A stretch of 64,000 nucleotides of DNA from a virus. Shown in pieces: positions 58,483 to 64,000 of this stretch. The position numbers were made by a program, and so were the translations under genes. Position 1 is the first letter of the stretch, and each line of letters begins with the position of its first letter. Under the pieces are notes generated by a model, which was given only the letters and a program-made list of their open reading frames with translations, did no database searches and had not been told where the DNA came from. The DNA is taken from positions 1 through 64,000 of the IMG/VR virus record IMGVR_UViG_3300044645_002525; one strand, 5' to 3'.

Positions 58483-60537
58483 TCAGAAGAAGTCGTGATC
58501 CTCTTCCCTTTCGGGAAGATTTTCATTTGTCACCATGGAAACAGGCTCTTGTGGTGGAGCTTCTTCCCGAGCGGGAATTTCAAAATCTGCTTCTTTTTCA
58601 CTTTCAGTGAAATTTGGTTCTTCCTGAAAATCAAGCTCAGGCTCAACATAGTCCCACGAATGGTAAAGACGCTCGCGTTCTCCATTGGGACCAACAACAA
58701 AGCTACTGCTAATCAAACCCTGCCGCCTTGCCACTTCCAGCATTTTGCCAGTGGAGCTGGTTTCAAAGCTTCCAGACAATGCTGCCACTTGCTGTTTAGA
58801 GAAGCGTTCATTTTGACGCATCTCAACTACATTCACCACTTGATTCAGCTCTTCTAGGGATCCGCCTTGTGGTCCTGCATAATGCCAGCCATAAGTGAGG
58901 TTGTCTCGCTTGAGCACATGCTTACCAGTGAGGCCACTCCTACTCTTCATCCATTCGAGCGTAAATTCATTTGGATCGTAGCTTTCAGAACGAGTGAGCT
59001 TTACCACTTCACTAACGTTATCAACGAAGCTAGTGGAATCACGCAGTCCTCCATTTTTGTTGAGATGGTGGAGGATGAGAATGGAACAGCGATAAGTGTT
59101 GGCAAGATCACGCAGGCCATAAATCACATCGCCTGCATTGCTCTTTACCATATCCACGTCCATACCAGCAAGGCAGGCAGTGAGGCTATCAATCACGATA
59201 AACAGAGGACGTTCCTTTCTCACGTAGTCCTCAAGCTGTTTCATATGGGCGAAGCGCCAAGTCTCCCAGAATTCAATGGTGCCAGGCTCCAGTGGAGTGT
59301 CTTGATAGCCAATAACGGAAAGCTTTTCGCTTGTGTCGATGAGAGGTTCGTCGCTTTGGCAAACTAAAGTTTTGCCTTTCATGCAACGGCGCCCGCTCCA
59401 TTTTGTGCCAAGACCAATATGAAGAGCCCAGTTGTAAGCCACCGTCGATTTGCCAGTGCCGCCTCCAGCAGCAAGCAGCGTCACGCTTCCCAAGGGAATG
59501 ATGCCAGCAATCAGCCATTCACGGGCTTTATCGGCATTAGCAATGGAAAGAGCGTCAATACTTTCAAGCTCTTCCCTTCCATAGATGCGATCTTTAGCTT
59601 CTGCAATAATCTTGTCAACATTCTGCTGGCTCATCTTTACGCCACGCTGCTCTAGCCAATTGCTGGTTTCATAAGCAATGCGAGAGTCATTGGCATAGAG
59701 GCCAACAAAGTTTTCAATGGTGGAAATAATCTCCTCATATGCAGGCTTGCCATCTTGCCCTTGATGCCTGCTTTTTGAAACAATGGAGGAAAGAAGGTCG
59801 TCTTTAGTGGCACCTTCTTCAATGTAGTCGCCTAAGTCATAGCCATTGCCAGGGGGAAGATTGTCCCATTCCCATGAACGAGGATCTGCATAAAGCCAGC
59901 TTGCTCCAGGATTATCACTGGCAATTTCTGCCATGAATGCAACGCCTTGCTCGTCGCGATCAGGACAAAGTACAAGCTTTCTATTGCGGAATAAGCTTGT
60001 GTAGTCACCATTTGTACGGTATTGTTTGCTGCCTCCAAGGAAAGTAATACAAGGAAGATCAAGCGCCCAAACTGATTCGCAGGTGAGTTCTCCTTCAACA
60101 ATAAAAATGGGAAGACCAGTTTCTTCACTCTTCGCCACTGCTTCTTCGTAGCGATAGGGCAACACATTGGCCTTGATTTCCTTGAGCTTGGTTTTATGTC
60201 CGTTCTCGCTTTTGTCAATAGTAGGAAAGTCTTGCCAAATTTTTTTGGAGCCCGAAGTGTCGTCACGATGGACGATAACCACTTCCTTTCCATGGTTATT
60301 TTTGTAGACAAACGTATAGTTGCCCGCATCACGAGGCGGCTTCTCCCATCTGGTGAGAGGGGCTAGGGCATCACGAATTTCGGCCCGGTGCGCAGGGCTG
60401 GTGTCATGCCAGCAGTTGTATGCCTCTGTGTTTTTGTTGATTGTGAAATCGTTACCGCCGCATGCAGGACAGTGGTATTTCCCTGGCTCATTGCTTGGCT
60501 CCAGTTGCTCAAGGTGGTCAAGGATGGAAAAGGCCAT
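58483..60537 (-). CDS. Primase-helicase (Zn finger + TOPRIM + RecA-like AAA helicase)
   Basis: CPAC...CWH; IVEGE; CPDRD; Walker A GGGTGKS; IVIDSL; ILHH.NK. Confidence 0.9.
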   Translation of the reverse strand: MAFSILDHLEQLEPSNEPGKYHCPACGGNDFTINKNTEAYNCWHDTSPAHRAEIRDALAPLTRWEKPPRDAGNYTFVYKNNHGKEVVIVHRDDTSGSKKIWQDFPTIDKSENGHKTKLKEIKANVLPYRYEEAVAKSEETGLPIFIVEGELTCESVWALDLPCITFLGGSKQYRTNGDYTSLFRNRKLVLCPDRDEQGVAFMAEIASDNPGASWLYADPRSWEWDNLPPGNGYDLGDYIEEGATKDDLLSSIVSKSRHQGQDGKPAYEEIISTIENFVGLYANDSRIAYETSNWLEQRGVKMSQQNVDKIIAEAKDRIYGREELESIDALSIANADKAREWLIAGIIPLGSVTLLAAGGGTGKSTVAYNWALHIGLGTKWSGRRCMKGKTLVCQSDEPLIDTSEKLSVIGYQDTPLEPGTIEFWETWRFAHMKQLEDYVRKERPLFIVIDSLTACLAGMDVDMVKSNAGDVIYGLRDLANTYRCSILILHHLNKNGGLRDSTSFVDNVSEVVKLTRSESYDPNEFTLEWMKSRSGLTGKHVLKRDNLTYGWHYAGPQGGSLEELNQVVNVVEMRQNERFSKQQVAALSGSFETSSTGKMLEVARRQGLISSSFVVGPNGERERLYHSWDYVEPELDFQEEPNFTESEKEADFEIPAREEAPPQEPVSMVTNENLPEREEDHDFF

Positions 60538-60558
60538 GGGGAGGAGTGAGATGAGGGT

Positions 60559-60656
60559 GTTCTAGCAGCAAAATCCCGCTCCCGCAGGGCATTAACAATT
60601 CTTAATGCTGCTTTTGGCTTTTTGAGCATTGACGGGCTGGCTATGACGGCTATGCT
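60559..60656. promoter_or_regulatory. Divergent promoter region
   Basis: Leftward TGcTAGAAC; rightward TTGACG-16-TATGCT (60629-60656); degenerate direct repeat TTAACAAT-tc-TTAATGCT (60592-609) between them. Confidence 0.55.
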
Positions 60657-60746
60657 GGCCATGTCCCTCGCAAGGCAAAACCATGGAGCTTTGGCTGGCC
60701 GCCATTATCGGCTTCAGCATTGGCTATCTTCTCGGCCCTTTGTTTT

Positions 60747-60989
60747 ATGACCGTTGACCACGGCGAGCCCAAGAAAAGCCGCCACTTCACTCTCACTGAC
60801 ACCGCCTACGCTCATCTCAAGGATATTGCCCATGAAGCACGATTGAGCCTTAGTGAGACAGTGGAGCGTCTTATTCGCACCACTTCTCCATGGGAGGGGA
60901 ACACAGTTCTTTGTGACGGTGCTTTCTCTTTAGTTGAAGACCATTCCATCGTTTCCGAAATTGAGGACTATGAAGGTTTCAGAGCTTAA
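60747..60989 (+). CDS. Ribbon-helix-helix DNA-binding protein
   Basis: KKSRHFTLTDTAYAHLKDIA...SLSETVERLIR. Confidence 0.7.
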   Translation: MTVDHGEPKKSRHFTLTDTAYAHLKDIAHEARLSLSETVERLIRTTSPWEGNTVLCDGAFSLVEDHSIVSEIEDYEGFRA

Positions 60990-61430
60990 GCTCGCTTGTG
61001 AAGACTTCCTTCTTGAGTATGCCGACACAGAAGTGAAGCTGCTTTGGGAAGAGGGCGTACTCACGGAAAACTACGATCCTGATTGCTTGGAAGAGCCTAC
61101 TGATGTGAGAGCCATCAATGACTGGCCGCTTCCTGGCGACAGCTTGATTGTTAAGAGCGAAATGCCTTCCAAGATGTTTGTCATTATGTACGGCGAATAT
61201 CAAGCGGCCTTCGGCTACAAAGCAGTGGCGCACTTGGGATGATGGAAACGCCTAATCTCACCACGTCTGAGCTTTATGCTCGCATGAAGCAAATGGACCA
61301 TGATGTGCTTCATTGTCTTGATTGCTTTCTTTCCGATACTGGTGTGGCCGTGGTTGGCCTGAATCTTTCGTTTGACGAAGAAAGCGAAGAGTATCTTCTT
61401 GATTGGCATTTCGCTTTTCTTGAAGAATGA
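60970..61430 (+). CDS. Two acidic hypothetical proteins (60970-61242; 61239-61430)
   Basis: Translationally coupled ORFs. Confidence 0.6.
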
Positions 61431-62365
61431 ACCACACCTTTCTCACTTATTCCCCCTCCGACTTTTCCAGCATGGAAGATCCCGCAAAACAAGCAATGAT
61501 CGAACGCTCTCTGGGCATGTTTACGCCGCTTGAAATCAGCGCCGAAGCTTTCCGCGCTGCTTACGACACTCCAGACATTGGCCCTCACATCGAGAAGGAC
61601 TACAAAGGTCTTTCCTATCTGTCTTGGCCGTTTGCCTTCCGCTACCTGAAGGAACATTTCCCGACGCTGTTCGTAGCGTTTGAAGAGAAGACCATTGGCT
61701 GGCCTGTATTTGGCGAGCCTGGTGCCTTCATCCTTCGTCCCTATCTGACAGATGGCGTAAGGCGCACTCCTGCGCTGGTGTTTCCCGTGATGGACAGGAA
61801 GCACAATTCCATTCAGCAGCTCGACGGTCGTGCAATCAGCGACAACATCCAACGTGCCAGTGTCAAAGCCATTGCTACGTTCACGGGCCTTGGTCTTCGG
61901 CTCTATGCCGGAGAGGACATCCCTAAGGAAGAAGCGCCAAAGCTGCAGCAGGACACGCTCAAGACGCCTGCACGCACGAAGACTGCCCCTAAGGAAAGCG
62001 CTGCTGCTGCTGGAAGCGAGGGGCCTGTTGCCACCGCCGATACAGGGTCCGCTGAACCTTTCGATGCAAAAGCAGTTCTTACAGCAGTGTGCAAAGCCAA
62101 TCCTTTGAACTATGCCGACGAAAAAGCTGCTATGGCTGCAGGCAAAGCTGCTCTTGAAAGCATTGGACTTGCTCGCGCCACGGAAGTCAAAACCTGGCAA
62201 GCCTTCGGAAACGTCGTCGCAGCAATGATGACGCTATGGGCAAAGGAGCAGGAGATCATCATCAGCAAAGCTGAGATGACAGAAGAAATCAACATTGTCC
62301 GTGGTCTTGCTACCACTGACGAAGTGATTGAAGGCATGAAAGCTTTCGTCGCAAAAAAGCAGTAG
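61427..62365 (+). CDS. Sak/Rad52-like single-strand annealing protein (DUF1071-like)
   Basis: GLSYLSW..A; PVMD.K.N; I...IQRA.VKAIA..TGLGLRLYAGEDIP. Confidence 0.85.
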   Translation: MNHTFLTYSPSDFSSMEDPAKQAMIERSLGMFTPLEISAEAFRAAYDTPDIGPHIEKDYKGLSYLSWPFAFRYLKEHFPTLFVAFEEKTIGWPVFGEPGAFILRPYLTDGVRRTPALVFPVMDRKHNSIQQLDGRAISDNIQRASVKAIATFTGLGLRLYAGEDIPKEEAPKLQQDTLKTPARTKTAPKESAAAAGSEGPVATADTGSAEPFDAKAVLTAVCKANPLNYADEKAAMAAGKAALESIGLARATEVKTWQAFGNVVAAMMTLWAKEQEIIISKAEMTEEINIVRGLATTDEVIEGMKAFVAKKQ

Positions 62366-62553
62366 ATCTAGCAGCGGCCCGTCTGGCACGGGCCTTTGCT
62401 GGAACCATTTGCCTTGATGCTGATGACCTTCCCGTTACTGAGCTTCCTCCCGCCTTATTTGGCGAATGATCCCCTTGGTCTGTTCCTTCTCGTTACCTTC
62501 CTATGCCTGATCATTGCTCTGTCGATTCTGGCTATCCTTTCGCTGATGGTCCC

Positions 62554-63288
62554 ATGAGCCGTTTCACTTTTACTTACGAAGAAGGCGAAACGAAGGTTTC
62601 CTATTCGTTCCACAATATCTACTGCCCTGAGATTGTCGAGCATTTCAAGCAGTTTGTTTTGGCTTGTGGCTTCTTTGAAACTTCAATAATGGCTGCAATG
62701 GCAACCATGGTTGAAGAATACGAAACGATGGAAGAAAAGCGTGCGCAATCACCGTTCTCTGATTGATGCTTGCCATGAAGCATTCTGGAGCTTTCCTGAC
62801 GACACTCTTAGCAGTGATCGTCGCATTGCTGCTCTTCTTGAGACCATTGCTAATCATCCTTTGGCTGACAAGCAATTTCTTCGTCAAACTGCTCGAACTA
62901 TTCTCATGGCTGACATTGCGATGTGCATGGGGGGTGAATGCCCTGTCAAGGAAAATTGCTGGCGTTACATGGCGCCTGCTAGTCGTTGGCAAAGCTATTT
63001 CGCTACGCCTCCAGCGGATGAAGAAGGTTGCGACTATTTCTGGGACATGAACGAGGAATGAAAACCAACAAAGAGACAGTCCTTGCTTCTGACGCGCTTT
63101 CTCCTGATGGGCGAATGATGGCCAAAATCTTAATGGAGAAAGATGGAGTGAGCATTGAACGCTTGTTCAATCTTTTGGCAGAATTTAAAAGCAATATTGA
63201 GCAACTTGAGCGCTATTCGCAGCAAATGGATTCTGCTATTGACCAAGCACAATACGACATTGATTGTCACATCAGGAATCATGATTAA
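62554..63288 (+). CDS. Three small hypothetical genes (62554-62766; about 62711-63061 with DIAMC.G..CP.KE.C.RY; 63058-63288)
   Basis: Co-oriented overlapping ORFs. Confidence 0.6.
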
Positions 63289-63326
63289 AAGTGGCCTGTT
63301 ACGATCTACGCCTTGCCTCCCTCCAA

Positions 63327-64000
63327 ATGCCAGCATTTCCCCGCTACGAGCCCAACCGACTCCAAATTCAGAAAAAGCGTTACTATTTGCTGAACGATTT
63401 TCCAAATGTTCCAGAAGGGTTTGTTTTGCCTTCTGTGACGACTATTGCGAGCGCGTGTTCTCCGCCTGGCAAGATTGCAGCGCTAATGAACTGGCGCAAG
63501 AAGGTGGGAAATGAAGAAGCTAATCGTCGCACTCGTAATGCTGTGGATCGAGGCAATTGGCTTCACGGTGTTCTAGAAGACTTCTGGAATGGTGAAGACA
63601 TTCAAGCGCATCTTGATTCTCATGAAAATTACGTGCCCTATTTTGAGAGCATTGTTGGTTTTCTTGAGCGTGTTGATAGTCCATTGCTAGTTGAAAGTGC
63701 CATTGCCTGGTACGATCCTGCACAAGAGATTGGTTATTCAGGCACCTTTGATATGCTTGCCAAAATGAACAGCGGTGCGTATGCACTGCTTGATTGGAAG
63801 ACAAGCTACAAAGAAAAGCCTGATACACAACTAGCCGACTATCGCATGCAGCTTGGTGCTTATGTGCAGGCTATTGAGCAGATGTATGACATCGAAGTGA
63901 ATGAAGCGCATTGCGCCATCGCCATTCATGATCCTGATACTGGCCATTCCCAAGAAGCGCAAATCGTGAGTCTCTCAGCAGGGGAGCTTGCGATGCAAGC
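63327..64000 (+). CDS. PD-(D/E)xK exonuclease, runs off the right edge (partial; absent from ORF track)
   Basis: LPSVTTI...WRKKVG..EA...RG..LH...E...YSGTFD...LLDWKTS...Y.MQLGAY. Confidence 0.9.
   Translation, partial: MPAFPRYEPNRLQIQKKRYYLLNDFPNVPEGFVLPSVTTIASACSPPGKIAALMNWRKKVGNEEANRRTRNAVDRGNWLHGVLEDFWNGEDIQAHLDSHENYVPYFESIVGFLERVDSPLLVESAIAWYDPAQEIGYSGTFDMLAKMNSGAYALLDWKTSYKEKPDTQLADYRMQLGAYVQAIEQMYDIEVNEAHCAIAIHDPDTGHSQEAQIVSLSAGELAMQ

Noticed and set aside
63327-64000. Cas4 / CRISPR adaptation gene
   Set aside because: No Fe-S cysteine cluster in the visible part; it sits with a Sak-like gene as a normal recombination exonuclease.

Overview
64 kb of a tailed dsDNA phage with a long non-contractile (siphovirus-type) tail, almost certainly a cyanophage. 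The host call rests on a Cyano-SP-type class I ribonucleotide reductase, a CP12-like C-terminus, a glutamine-riboswitch/YRGxxY peptide unit and HLR1-like boxes. Layout: tail and head genes on the minus strand (1-24.9 kb); a glycosyltransferase/sugar-modification cluster inside the head region (25-31.3 kb); head morphogenesis gene, portal and a divergent large terminase (31.3-36 kb); auxiliary genes, tRNA and tRNA-like RNAs and RNR (36-41 kb); homing-endonuclease-like genes and a non-coding tandem-repeat block that may mark a genome end or origin (41-47 kb); many small leftward genes with repeated promoter cassettes (47-57.7 kb); and primase-helicase, Sak-like annealing protein and exonuclease (58.5-64 kb). 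No integrase or DNA polymerase is visible. Main findings: (1) three candidate -1 ribosomal frameshifts, namely the expected tail-chaperone site plus two unexpected A_AAA_AAG + hairpin sites, one of which would add a peptide resembling the cyanobacterial DnaX(tau) C-terminus to the Sak-like protein; (2) promoter cassettes carrying HLR1 (RpaB)-like direct repeats at constant spacing; (3) a seven-enzyme glycan cluster among head genes; (4) several promoter-bearing structured non-coding RNA candidates; (5) [R/K/H]-x-D motifs at head-protein domain boundaries. All family assignments come from motif recognition by eye; no database search was run.
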